Shown here: positions 26,142-38,345 of the stretch, one piece after another
Layout of the letters: each line of letters starts with the position of its first letter
Numbering within the stretch: position 1 is the stretch's first letter
Source: Paecilomyces variotii
Taxonomy: Eukaryota
NCBI GenBank assembly: GCA_004022145.1
Contig: RCNU01000002.1
Direction: 5' to 3' (one strand)
Length of the DNA: 64,000 bases
The notes under the pieces: model-generated
What the model saw: only the letters and a program-made list of their open reading frames with translations
Told to the model about the DNA's origin: nothing
Databases searched by the model: none
Translations under genes and position numbers: made by a program

Positions 26142-27774
26142 CTAAAACTCCAAGTCGTCTTCTGACCGTTCGACGTATCTCGCTAACATCTCCTGTTCGT
26201 GCTGGGCTTCGCTCAGCGGAGCGTTTACCAGCCCAAGGGTCTCCCGGCGTAGAGCAGCGGCCTCTGTATCCGACTCGTCATTCATCATGACTTGGTAGTC
26301 ATTGCCAGCATGCCGTCTGACTTCATCCTCGAAGTTCGAATGAGGCAGGTCCTGCGCCACATGTCCATATGGGTCAGACATGGCGTCGTGGTGTTGGAAC
26401 CTGGGGAGATGCTGGTTGATGTCGATGATCTGCGGGTCAAGAGGCATATTGGTGTAGTCGGTGATAGAGTCAACAGGCGCCGGCACGACTGATTGATGCG
26501 TCGATACGAAAGGATTTTCACCATTGGGAGCGTCAGTCATGAGCTCGTCTGGAGAACCAGTTGCCGCATCTGGTGATCCGTTGATATCGCTCGAACGAGC
26601 GACCGACGACTCATCCGCTCTGCCCGCCCCAGCAACAGGAGCTTTGGGTGCTTCCTTACACTGCGGGCAGTCCCTGATGACTCGGCTCACAGTCTCTTTG
26701 ATTCTTACCCAGTGGTACTTCACGGCAATCGTAGCAGTCGTCTTGTTGATCCCTCCGTGCTGCTGGATATGAATCTGACGAGCTATCTGATACTGCTGCT
26801 GGGGATCAGACACAACCTCCTTGTCTTTCAACATGAGCTTTTCAGGCTCCCCATTCTCCCCGCCGACTAATTTGTAATGAGTTGCAGCGCTTCTCAGCCT
26901 GCTCTTCTCAGCTCTGTCGGCCCCTCGCGGGTATTTTGAATGCTTGAGGTAATATCTTATCTTGTCAAAGCGCTCTTGAGTCACAGAGTCTTCACCTTCG
27001 GGACCCAAGTCCCGTCCATATATAATGGCATCCACGAACTGACCGGGCTGGGAGCGCAATTTACCCCCGCTCGGGACTTTTCCAATCCGCTTAAAGCCCA
27101 ATGCATCCCATATACGACAGGACGCCACGTTATTTTCATATACAAGATTAAATACAGAATAAGTATATCCCTGCTCGTAATTAGTGGAAGTTCTATCAGA
27201 GTAGAGAAGAAAAAAGGTTGCTATCGGGGGAACACAGGCTAGGATATTGCCCTGTTTGCTTTGTGTTACTTACTAGCTTTGGCGCCCATTCAAGATATCC
27301 TTCTCCCATCAACCTACCCACACCTCTGTTCCGTGCAGCATCTGTGACCAAGAACATGCCATTGCAGATATGACTGCTGCGGCCAGGATAGTTCGGTCTG
27401 ATATTAAAACTGCCAAGGCAGGCTTTCGCCCAATCCGTGCCGGCTTTCTCCATAGCCTGCACATCCTGAGCGCTCCTGATATCACCCAAGAGCATGACGG
27501 CACCAAAGTTGGAGAACCAATACGGACCAAAATCATCCAGAGCAATCGGATCAGTCATCGCATACGTATCGCCCTTTTCGATCTCTTTGTTGAGCTGATC
27601 TGATAGATAGCCCAACAGAGACCGCGGTACTTCGGCCGCGCATGAGAACGGGACCAGCGTCGCGACAGTGACCCGGTCCCTAAGAGTTACCTGACGCGGA
27701 GAGATCGTGCCAGGAAGCTCCTTATCCGTCGCGATGACCGGGGCGTTTGGGTCTTCATGTACCGCGGGCATCAT
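26142..27774 (-). CDS. SPT10: Spt10-like GNAT acetyltransferase with HHCC zinc-binding domain, 2 coding exons
   Basis: IRPNYPGRSSHICNGMFLV, RNRGVGRLMGE, GYTYSVFNLVYENNVAS and H-x3-H...CPQC (HIQQHGGINKT...VIRDCPQC). Start placed at ATG 27774. Confidence 0.9.
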
Positions 27775-28534
27775 GCCCTCAGGCACCTGGCAGAGCCGGT
27801 CACGGGGCTAGTTACCTGATTAGTCCATGGAACAAGCCAAAGCTCACAAATGATATTGCAGAGCTGAACGTTATTATGTATTACCGGCCGGCCCGGAAGA
27901 GAGCCGCCGCAGAGAATGAGTTGGCATTGCAATGATCGAAGGGTGTTGCGGGGTCTTTACCAGGTAGGGGGTTGGAAGCACGAAATATCCAATTATACTT
28001 CAATCCCTGGCTATTCAAACACCATCTGGGATAGACTCGGTGGGGGATGCTGCGTCGTTAACGGGCACTTCAAGGACCGCTGGGTATTCTCGAGACCGGA
28101 ACGTGGTGAACGCAGCAGAGAAGACGTCGTCCCGCCCCGGAGGCGTTGGCGGATCATCGTTGTTCCGCCATATCATACCATGATGCTGGGATAATCGTTA
28201 ACTAGCTTGGCGTGGTTAGTTATTAATACTTGATAACTTAGGTGATTATTACTGGAGCTTTATTGTCAGTGATAAAGAACAGTGTTAGCAGCTACGGTGT
28301 CAAAATCAGCAATATAAACCATCACTGACTGCGTTAAGATAGGGCTGGATTAAAACCCGTACGCATAATCTAACTACTACGCATCGCGAACAGGGGTTTT
28401 TATACCTGGCCCATAACAAATTAGCAGATGATATGCTATTACGTAGCTAGGAATAGACGCGACTTCTGTAATTGCCGTCTGTTCACCGACATTTCAGCTT
28501 TCATCTTCAACCATCCTGTGTTCTTTCATCCATC

Positions 28535-30377
28535 ATGGAAGGACATCAGCTTCCACAATATCATCGAAACAATCTATCTCCCGCCAAAATTGACAAAGAA
28601 TCGCTGCAGACGATATTCAGGGAGCTACAAGCCGCAATTCGACATGGAGTCGACCTCCTCCAAAACAATGTCTCCCTACCAGACGACCCAAAGGAATATG
28701 GCAGCATATACAGTGGTACCGCAGGTACATGCGAGTTTTCATTCATCCATTCAATTGTACACGTCCAAAAAATAAAACCAAAACAAAAAAAAGCACAGAA
28801 AAGCTGAAATATTATGTAAACCCCAGGCGTCGCCCTCGCATTCATGAGGTTGCATTACCAAGCCAAATCTCTCGTTATGGACGATAGTGACCCCCCCATG
28901 CCGGATTTTCGCACCCTCGCTCGCGAAAGGGTTCTTCAAAAGGGACCGCCCATCCGGTTAGATGATAAACGTTTCTCGCCTCTAGGCACCCGCAAGTTCA
29001 GTGCTATATATGTGCGATGTTTGGAAAAATGCTTTTTCAATCGCAGAGGCGCGGGTGTTCATCTTCGTGCTAATGATATCGGTGATATCGCTGCGGTGGA
29101 TATGCATGCCTCCCACGATGCGATCAGGTTTCCGCGGAAATTCCGAGATCCAGATGAACCGGAACCCCCAGGGGAGGAGGTTTTGTATGGGCGCGCGGGT
29201 TTACTATGGGGGCTTGAGAATCTGCAAGCACATCCGTTTGATGATGAGAATCAGTACTCTTTACGTTCGGTGTTCTCTCACACTCAGAGTCTGGTTGATG
29301 TCATTATACAGAATGGCAAGATTGGCGCGGAGGATGTTTGGGTAAAGAAGCATGGTGAAAAAGGTCCATTGCCGTTGACATGGACGCGGGATGATGGACG
29401 ATGTAATCTCGGCGCGTGAGTTCTCTCCTTTCACTTGTAAAAGACGTAGCATGCTCGAATACTAATCAGTGTTTGGCTTGATGAAGCATCCACGGAGTCT
29501 GTAAGGATGCCCCCCTCGACGTTATGATATCTGCAGCTGACACGTGGGAAAAGGCGGAACATTGACGATCCTCCTACAATGCAAACCGTGGGAATTGGAA
29601 TATGACGAAGAGGAGTCTCATTATCCGATTATAGCCGATACAATAACAGAACTATGCAAAATCTGCATCTCCAACAACGGCCACTTACCAACATCACTCC
29701 CTGTTCGTCCTTCGAATCGTGCCTCACCACTGGTCCAGATCTGCCATGGCGTCCCTGGTCTCATGCTTCTTCTCGCGACAGCTAAACAGTTCATTTCCGA
29801 GTATGAAAAGCCAGAATGGGACGAAGCCCTTCGGCTGGGCACCGACCGGGTCTGGGAAGAAGGCCTGCTATCCAAAGGCGGTGGTGTTTGTCACGGACAT
29901 GCTGGTAATGCATGGCCGCTTCTCTTACTCCATGTTGTCTACGAATACAGCAACAAAAATGCGGGTCAACACTCAAAGTCTGAAGCTGAATCCAGTGCGG
30001 AACGTGGTGGCCGTGTTTCCCGCAGCGCCAGCAGAAAGCAGAACACTACTGGCGACTCCTATCTTGCCAAGGCTCTGGCAATGTTATTGTACGCGCGGAA
30101 GACGCAACCATTCAGCAACAGTGCTGAGGTGCGGCGCAACTTCCGCATGCCTGATCGTCCCTATAGCCTCTTTGAAGGCCTAGCGGGGACTGTGTGCGCT
30201 TGGGCGGATGCCTGCGCTATAATCCGGATGCGTTTGCGGAAGATGGAACTTGCGGAGCAGCTTGGACGTTCGTTGACTCCAGAGGACTTGAAGACCGATG
30301 AAGCCTTCAGGGAGCATTCACAGTGTTTTCTGGGAATGGTAGGGTTCGGAGGATTAGGCCTTACGGGAGGTCTCTGA
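28535..30377 (+). CDS. Lanthionine synthetase C-like (LanCL/GCR2-type) protein, 4 exons
   Basis: LanC repeat motifs IYSGTAGVA, EVLYGRAGLL, LGAIHGVCG (spliced through micro-exon 29487-29500), QICHGVPG, GVCHGHAGN and SLFEGLAG. Confidence 0.9.
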
Positions 30378-30794
30378 GTAGATGGCAGGCAAGCTGATCT
30401 TTTTTTATTGAGTTTTCAATTTCTCTCTGATCGGTTACACTGCAGATAGTAGTCTTTCTCTCAAGTAACTCTACGACTTTGATACGAAATAGGAATAGCA
30501 GGTTATTTTTTTTGCTGTCTTTTGAGGAAGAATGAGATCGTTGACATGTAATGGGATATTTGTTTCAAGATAACTCGAAAACTAAACGATTATACCATAC
30601 ATCACGTAGTATATCTCTTGCCAAGTACCTTCTAATCCAACCAAGTTCCAATTCCAGTTCCATATCAGAGGACTCCATCGATAACCTAATCACCTCCAAA
30701 ACGCCATGCTGAATGCTCAATCAATGCCGCAAACAAGAAGAAACGTCTTGACCGTGTCTCATGTCCAAAAAATTGCAGGATAGGTGATAAGTGT

Positions 30795-31568
30795 CTACAC
30801 GACAGTAAAGCCGCCATGGTATATTGGCCGTTGACCGGGGATCTCCCTCTTGAATTCCACTCTCTTCGGCGTGTAGTTCGCGCGTGGCATCTCTGCGACA
30901 ACTCTCCATCGTCGCCAGCACCTCTCCAGACGGTGATCGCGGTCTCCGCAGAAAGTGCAGCAGATCTGCTCCTTTCTCTGTTGGGCGGCTTTTCTCATGT
31001 CGGGTTGACTTCGGGCTCGGGACCGCGTCTTTCGTTCCTGTTCTTTGCGCATCTGCTGGACAACGAACTCGTTGATCTCTTCCTGGCTGGGTCTTTTGGT
31101 GTGACCTTTCAGTGGTTGCTGTTCCTTCCTGTCTTTGTGCATTTGCCCCGTGACAAATTCATTGATTTCATCTTGTGTCAGAGCGCGTGGCTTCGTCCAG
31201 TCCGGCGAGGACCGACCCTCACCGGTCTGCTCTGCCTTTTGCAGCATCGCTTTCTCGTACTTGATCGCCTGGCGGGAGAGTTCTTGAAAGGCCATCTGCT
31301 GAGCCGGGTCGGTGCTGTTTACCCGCTTGTCCCGCAGCATGGTCAATGCCCAGTCCTTCCACTCGGGCTGTGTTTCCAGCTTGGATAAGAATAAGACGTT
31401 GACTTCAAAGTCCTGGAGGGCGAAATAATCGTCGATATTCGTCAGCCCTTCTCGTAGCGCTTGGATAAGGGCAATGAATTCTGCGACGCTCTCGAAGGAG
31501 GAGAAGTCGAGGTTGAGAAACTCGCCAATATAGTGCATGAGGCGTATCTTTTTCTGAGAGGCCTCCAT
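30795..31568 (-). CDS. Intronless Gag-like protein with CCHC zinc knuckle, 257 aa
   Basis: Intact ATG-to-stop ORF; CTFCGDRDHRLERC is C-x2-C-x4-H-x4-C; helical N-terminus reminiscent of copia-type Gag (unverified); duplicated Q(D/E)EINEFVxxQM. Confidence 0.7.
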   Translation of the reverse strand: MEASQKKIRLMHYIGEFLNLDFSSFESVAEFIALIQALREGLTNIDDYFALQDFEVNVLFLSKLETQPEWKDWALTMLRDKRVNSTDPAQQMAFQELSRQAIKYEKAMLQKAEQTGEGRSSPDWTKPRALTQDEINEFVTGQMHKDRKEQQPLKGHTKRPSQEEINEFVVQQMRKEQERKTRSRARSQPDMRKAAQQRKEQICCTFCGDRDHRLERCWRRWRVVAEMPRANYTPKRVEFKREIPGQRPIYHGGFTVV

Positions 31569-32669
31569 CTTTGCGACCGGATCACGACGGGGTGCAACTT
31601 GCTGAGCTGGATTGATTGCTTCTTTTTAGGGAGTAACAACGGGATTGAGACGATCGAGAAAAGAGAGAACAAGAGGATCTGGGAGGCAGGGAAACCAGGT
31701 ACATTAAGAGAGTCGCAGCTGATGGTCAATTGGTTATCAGCCCAGTAGACGCTTTACGTCACTGCAGTAGTCGGCGCCACCAGATGGTTTTCCGTGTTGT
31801 TCGAGCAACTTGAGCCGGTCTTGATGCACGCCAATAACGCCCATTAATGCTGCGAGGATCTTCAAGACCCTGAACTGCAACAGAACCCCTTCTGGCTTCT
31901 CGTGGATTGCTTGGAGTTCGCTGGGTGGTGGTCTGATCGTCGGTGGTAGAGAGCTGTTTGTTTACACTGAATTAACTACTTGTACGGAGTAGCTAGGTAA
32001 CTATCCACTGCGATCAGAAGTATCATATGCCACTGCAGATATGGAAGAAGCTTAAATCCCACCACATGGCGCATGAAAGATCTGTCATATATGCATTATC
32101 ACGCCTTATTGTCCGTAAGCAGTGTTGATTGATCCCCTTGATTGGGGGAGTCCGATTCTCAACCGTGCTATCCCTTCCGGTGGCTGGTGCGGGCGCGGAT
32201 AATAATGAACCCAATCATGCAAGGGAAAGCGAAAGATTTGGAAAACCATTCTTTCGTGGAGATAATACTCCGGACAGTAATACTTCTCGAAATCATTCCA
32301 TGTATTTGCAGCCATGTGCACGGATCCACGGCACGGCTATCCCCATTTGCCTCAGGCTCACAGGGCTGAGGGGTTTCCTGACATGAAATCACTGCTGGAG
32401 CAGATCGACGCTCTATCTAATGCGTACTCAGCCGCAACGAGTTGGGTCACGCTCTTGGGGGCCAGATTGCCCGCACACAACCAGTGACACTAATGGTAGT
32501 TACTTCAGCCATGTTCTGTCCACAGCTCGATCTCGAGACTATCATTACCTGCCTGACCTGGGCTACTATGCTCGAAGCTTCAAGGCATACACCAGGCTGA
32601 GAGTATGTGTCTCGCTGAGAGGTTCTAGCAACATATAATTCGGAAAGTGAGATCCTCACAAACACGAAA

Positions 32670-35374
32670 ATGATAATTGAAACAATACCTCCGTCATACG
32701 AACATGCCACCACCAGAGATGCCTGGTCCATCGTTGCTCGTTATATACCTTCCAGTGATCTCTGCGCTGTCGCGCTCGTCTGCAGGAGATGGCACGAGCT
32801 ATTCATGCCGTTTCTCTGGGGAGACCCAGCCTCCCATTTTGGGACGGAAAATGATGCGGTCTATGGTGAGATCCATGCTAACTAAGGAAAAGAATGGAAA
32901 ACTGATCTCGCGGAGTCGCTCTCACCCGCTTTCGAAGAACCCTGAAACGAGCACGGCTCAGCGTCAGGATGCTGACCCATACTCTCCATCTGCCTCCCGC
33001 TCTTTCGGAGATCTACGATGGCCCCCGTCCGGAGTGGCTCAAGGAGGTCCTAGATTATCTCCCGTGTCTCCAATCTCTGATAGTGTCGGAGCTGCCTTTC
33101 TTTGACCATAATGCCATGGTTGCTTTGAAGCAGAATTCCCACAGTGGGCAGACCGGCAGGCATGATTCTCTGCGGACGTACAACCTCCGCCTGTTGAAGG
33201 CAGAGCGAGAGCCCAATACAACCTCCGTTGGAATTGCAGAAGCCTTATTACGGTTTCCCGCCCTGGTCTACCTCGACCTGTCTTATACCACCTCTGCAAG
33301 GGACAGAACAGTCCTCTCTACATTATCCCTGTTGGAAGATCTCCAGGTGCTCAAGTTGCGGGGCATAGGTCTCAAGGACAGCGACGCAGAGTTTCTGGCG
33401 AATGCCATCGGCAGTCGCGTACGGTTTCTGGATATTCGGAACAACCTACTCACTGATATGGCCATCAGGTCGTTGATGCAGGCTTGCTTAGGATCTCCAG
33501 CAATATCTTCGACTGAGACGCAAACAGATCCAGGAATCCAAGGACAACAGCCCACCAGCCATTCGGCGTTGAGCCCTTATAGCACCTATATACTCAACCG
33601 TGCTGATTTGGATGAGCTGATCTTAAGTCAGTTAACGCGTCCTCTGACAGGGAGGTCCCTCGTCGAGAGCTTACCACACGTCGGGGTGACCCACCTCTTC
33701 ATATCTGATAATCAGATAACCCTCGAAGGAGTTGCAAGTCTGATAGCTTCCAAGAAACTGCATGTGCTTGATGTTGGAACAGTGGATACAGCCGAATCTA
33801 TCAGAAAGCGCCAGCAGATCAGGGGGGCCACGGATCCCTCTAGTTTCCCTGGCGCTGAGAAATTGATTCCTGTATTAGGGAGATACGGAGAGGAAACACT
33901 GACTTATCTTCGTGCTCATCATGCGATAGTGACGGCAGATGCTCCGGTCAAGGATGTGGCACCTCTCAGTGCTTTGTTACCAGAACTTCCGGGCGAGACA
34001 ACGAGTCCGGATCAGAGACATGCGGTAGAGCTTCCTTCAACGCATGAGATATTCGAACTGCCTGCCGACACTGAGTTCCGGGTTGAGCTAGAGGACACGT
34101 CGATCAGGCCTATTGCTGAGTCCTACGCTGAACCAAAACGGGACAGTATTCGGAAGCCCTATGAAGACGAGCCATTAGGTCAAGTGAGACGGGGCTCTGT
34201 TTTTGCACCAGAAGTGGTCAATGATGATGTATTCGACGATGAAGATGCCCTTTTGGGCGCCACAGGAGCAGGCTCCCACGAGAGTTCTACAAGCTCTCTT
34301 GATCCGCGAAGCCGGAAGATCCAAGAACTGATTTCAAAAAGACCGAAAAATAATGGCGTTCCTCGACGGGGCAGCGCAGCTTATACCTTCCCCTATCTTC
34401 ATCCTTCTCATATACCTCACATTGATACATTGGTCCTGACCGACGTCCCGTCAACTGTGCCCGCAAATTCCCCAATACTAGCTTCCTTGATTCGTTTCAT
34501 AACCGCTTGCTCAGATGAGGCATTGTTGGCCATTCTTCAATCAAAATCCGATTATTCTCTCCCTCCGGGTCGAGCTCGACTTACTGCTGAGAAGCAGCAA
34601 GCGAGGAGTCTCTTCGCGCTTCGACGGCTAGTACTTGAGATTGCTCCTGACCACAAAAAGAACCGCCAAAAGCCAAATTCCTGGAAACCACTTGATACAA
34701 GACTTAACTCAACCACAGGAGACCGAGATTCAGAGCAACTTTGGTCCGCAGCCGTGGACGATTTCAGCTTCTTCGAAGGTGAATGCGGTATTCCTGACAA
34801 TGACCAGGGAAAATACTTCCCCATGGCAATTTTGAATCAAAAAGTCAGTCTTACTCCTGAAGACGACGACTCGATCCGCTCTGCACATTCGGGACTCGGC
34901 TCTCCTCGATCAGCAACGGGTCTAACCCCCAGTCCAAGCACCCACTCTTGGGGAGCGTCACCGTCGAACAATGATGAGCGCCATTCTAGATACGCAGGCA
35001 GCGAGATAGAGCGACAGCAGTATCCCAAAGAGCTCCAAATCGATCTCGTCGCTGCACTAGCAGCCTTCCGGCGATCGAAGAAAGCAGAATACGAGGCACT
35101 TCTCAGGGCACATCGAGAACAAAGGCACGTTTCTGGAGACGCATCGTCTCTCCTGTCGCCTCGTTTTACAATGTCCTCCTTGTCTGGATATCCGTCTCCA
35201 TCGCTGCCTCCAACCCCGACGACCCCCACGTGGCCAGTTCGGCCTATCCCACTTTCTGTGGAGGGACACTGGAAGGGTGAAGTGAAGATCGTGAGGAATG
35301 CGGAGCCTCGGGGCAGAAGTGGCGTTGTGGATATGTACGGTAATTACTTCGAGAAGGGGTATCTATACCCTTAA
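32670..35374 (+). CDS. F-box-like / leucine-rich-repeat protein, 2 exons (intron 32866-32915)
   Basis: F-box-like IVARYIPSSDLCAVALVCRRWHELFMPFLW; LRR units LVYLDLSYT, LQVLKLRGIGL, VRFLDIRNNLLTD and VTHLFISDNQIT. Confidence 0.85.
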
Positions 35375-35919
35375 AAGGAAAATAAGAGTAGCATGAATGC
35401 CAACATCTACAGTTTGCTTAAGATACTTACGGTCTAATGGCCATTTCACTCCATAGAGGTGAATATGGGGGTTTACAGATGAAAAATGCAAGTGAGAGAC
35501 CGCAAGTAATCCGTGTCGTATGTCTGGCATAATTCTGGCTTAAAAGGTACATTTTACCCGCGCCTTAGTCAAAAGAAAGAAAACCCATCCGCAGAGGAAT
35601 TCTCGCAGTTCATGACGCGGAATTTCTCCATTTTTCCCCCCTGGTCTCCGTTCTTCCTGATGTAATTTTTTGTGCTTAATTGGACAAATTTTTTCCTTTT
35701 TGTCTTGCCATGTCCTAGCCATCATTACCGACACAAAAAAAGAAAAGGGAAAAGGAGCAGTCTCCATATTCCTTCCCCTTTCTCCTCAGGGCTCCATTGA
35801 CAACCGACGTTTTCCATGTTATCCCGCAGCTGTCCCTTCGCCCAGAAGGAAACACCGAAACCCACGCAGATCAAGCAAGGAAGGAAGAGAGAAAAGAGAG
35901 AAGTAGTTAAACTACTCCC

Positions 35920-36715
35920 TTACAGAGCCTTGGTGGCCTGCTGGGGGGTGATCTTCTTGCCATCCTTGTTGTAGCGAATGCGGGGGGGAGGGGCACGGTT
36001 GCGACGACCCTCTCGGGAACGGACGCTGTTAGGAGAAATTATCCGTCAGTAAATCCATTGATTCCACATTGAACGATACCGGCTCGGAGATAAAAGAATC
36101 TCCTGGTTCGAGACGGGGAGGTTTTTCCTGATGGAGCGGTTTCGAGGGGTCATCCATACCGAACAATCTTGCCGTGGATAGCGCAGGAGACACAGTACTG
36201 CAGCTTCAGGTACATCTTGGGGACGGCGTAGTCGGCGAAGACGGAGGCGTCAGAGATATCACCTGTGATTCGAAACTCGGATTAGTCCAATATTCTCGCC
36301 CGATCGATCTTCCATTCCGCCTTTTTTGTTCATTCTGCGTTCAATTCGAAGAATCCTCGAGAATCTGTGTGGTCCGACTGGGAAGACGTACGGATAGCAG
36401 CGGACTCAACCATGTTGCGGATGGTGAATCTCTTGATCGCCTTGTCCTTGGGGGTGCATCGCGAGCAGTTGGAGCAGCGGATGGGCTTGACGTGGCCGCG
36501 GCCCTTCTTGTTACGTCCGCTGTGAAGAGAGAAAAAGAGCTCGTCAGCTTGTCATCCTTCCATTGGAATTCCCAAGGAATATTTCGACTTCCGGAGAGAA
36601 GTTCAATGTCCTTTTCATCAAATTGCCATCGAGCAACGGAAACGACATTTGAATGCGCCGGACCAGATTGTTGGAAGGGGGAAATCGCTTACTTCGACGC
36701 CCTCTTCTTGACCAT
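35920..36715 (-). CDS. RPS26: 40S ribosomal protein eS26, 4 exons
   Basis: [50 protein letters not shown]...[28 protein letters not shown] after removing three GT-AG introns. Confidence 0.97.
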
Positions 36716-38345
36716 TTTGACGGATTTCTGTGCGACACGTCAGACGGGAAAAGAAGTGTCTGGGGGGAGGTTGTCGCGTACTTGGCTTGTCGGTTGTGGT
36801 TGTCGATGGCACTCGGGGCTCTCGTGATGTGATTCTATCGATGTGTGGGCGGAAGCCCTAGACCCTTAAGCGAGGCCCCGGTCACGGGATGGCACATTTG
36901 CGCCTGAGGCAGCTACAGCGTGGATCTAAGGCATCCAAGGCAGCATTTGCCAAGCCTCCGGTGGCCAGTTAAAAAGTAAGGAAACAAACAACCTGTAAGC
37001 CCCGCGGGTTTGTCTATCTACAGTGTTGTTTACAGGTCCGGATGGTCGGATGTACTCATGGTCAAGATCAACAAACAGCCTCAGGCCATATATCGGGTTA
37101 CTCATGTTGACGAGCCACTACTAGGTGTCTTCTATGGCATTATTTCCTTATCTACGTTATCAATTGCCATGATGCTATCTTCTTGACCGCTAGAATTTTG
37201 GAATCCGGATTTTGATCCCACGATTGTTCTCATCCGGAATCTTCTCGCTCACTGCATGTCGTTTCTATCTAGAAGAAGACTCAAATCGACAGTTTGCATG
37301 CTTCAGAGCTACCATCCTCGACATTGCTATGAGAGTGAATTATTGTCCCACTAGTTCGGACAACGATGTGATGACTTATCATAGCGAGAACGTGCATTGG
37401 CCTTTGACTACTTAATTGGCTCTCAACAGTCAACTTGCATTTAGCTACTGTCCAACTCGCTTAACGGTAGCCAGAAGACGTACAAATCTACCCATCAGAA
37501 ATCTAGTGATTGCGTTTTTCTCCTCGGGATTTAGCAAGACTGTTGGGGCATTTGTATCCAAGCCATAGCCGTGCACATTCTCTGTTATGATATGTTGACT
37601 TGAAATAGGCCACAACGTCCGGTTTCTCTTTGGTTACATGTGGAAGAGTATACTGGTCTCCCAGATTTTAAGTGTTGGTCTTGATAACTGAAATACTTTC
37701 TGTGGTTGTATGTAGATGGATTTTCGATGAGTTAGCCATTCCATAGCGTAACTACATATACAATCATCGTGAGGAAAGGTTTCCGGACAACATGAGTGAG
37801 ACCCTGACCTTTACTACATATATATGATAATGCCTGACAAGCTATATCCACTTTGAACGCGTATCCTCGGTAATATCAAGAGAAAAACGTGTTATCTTGT
37901 AGAATATCAGATAACCTAATGATCACCCTCATGCCTCCCGGCTAGGATCAACTGGGTATAGTCAGGCTAAGGCTCCTGAAGAGTAGCACACACCGCCATA
38001 TGACCACGACTTCTTTTTTTCTCGCTCTCAAAACCCCCCATCCACACACAGGACTCTCTTGCACTTCCAGTGTTCATTTCCAGGCGAGTCGACGGCATCA
38101 CGTGGGACGCGCCCGGCTGGGTTTAGACTGGTCAGCACCGCCGGAAAGACCTCCTTTAGCCTCCGTTCCACCCAGGGTTCCGGCTCCCAGGGACTTGTTT
38201 ATTCTCCCGCCGCGAGAGAGAACGACGTCCCCCATCTCCCAGACCGGCGTTCCAGATTCCCAGATACCCCTGTTCGCACGGTCCTGCGCTTTGTTGCTTT
38301 CTGCGTGTCCTCTTTCCAGCACGTCGAGTCTGCTTCTGATCCACC

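Noticed and set aside
26650-26780. Integrase-type HHCC motif as a transposon remnant
   Set aside because: It is the known zinc-binding domain of Spt10, within a normal gene.
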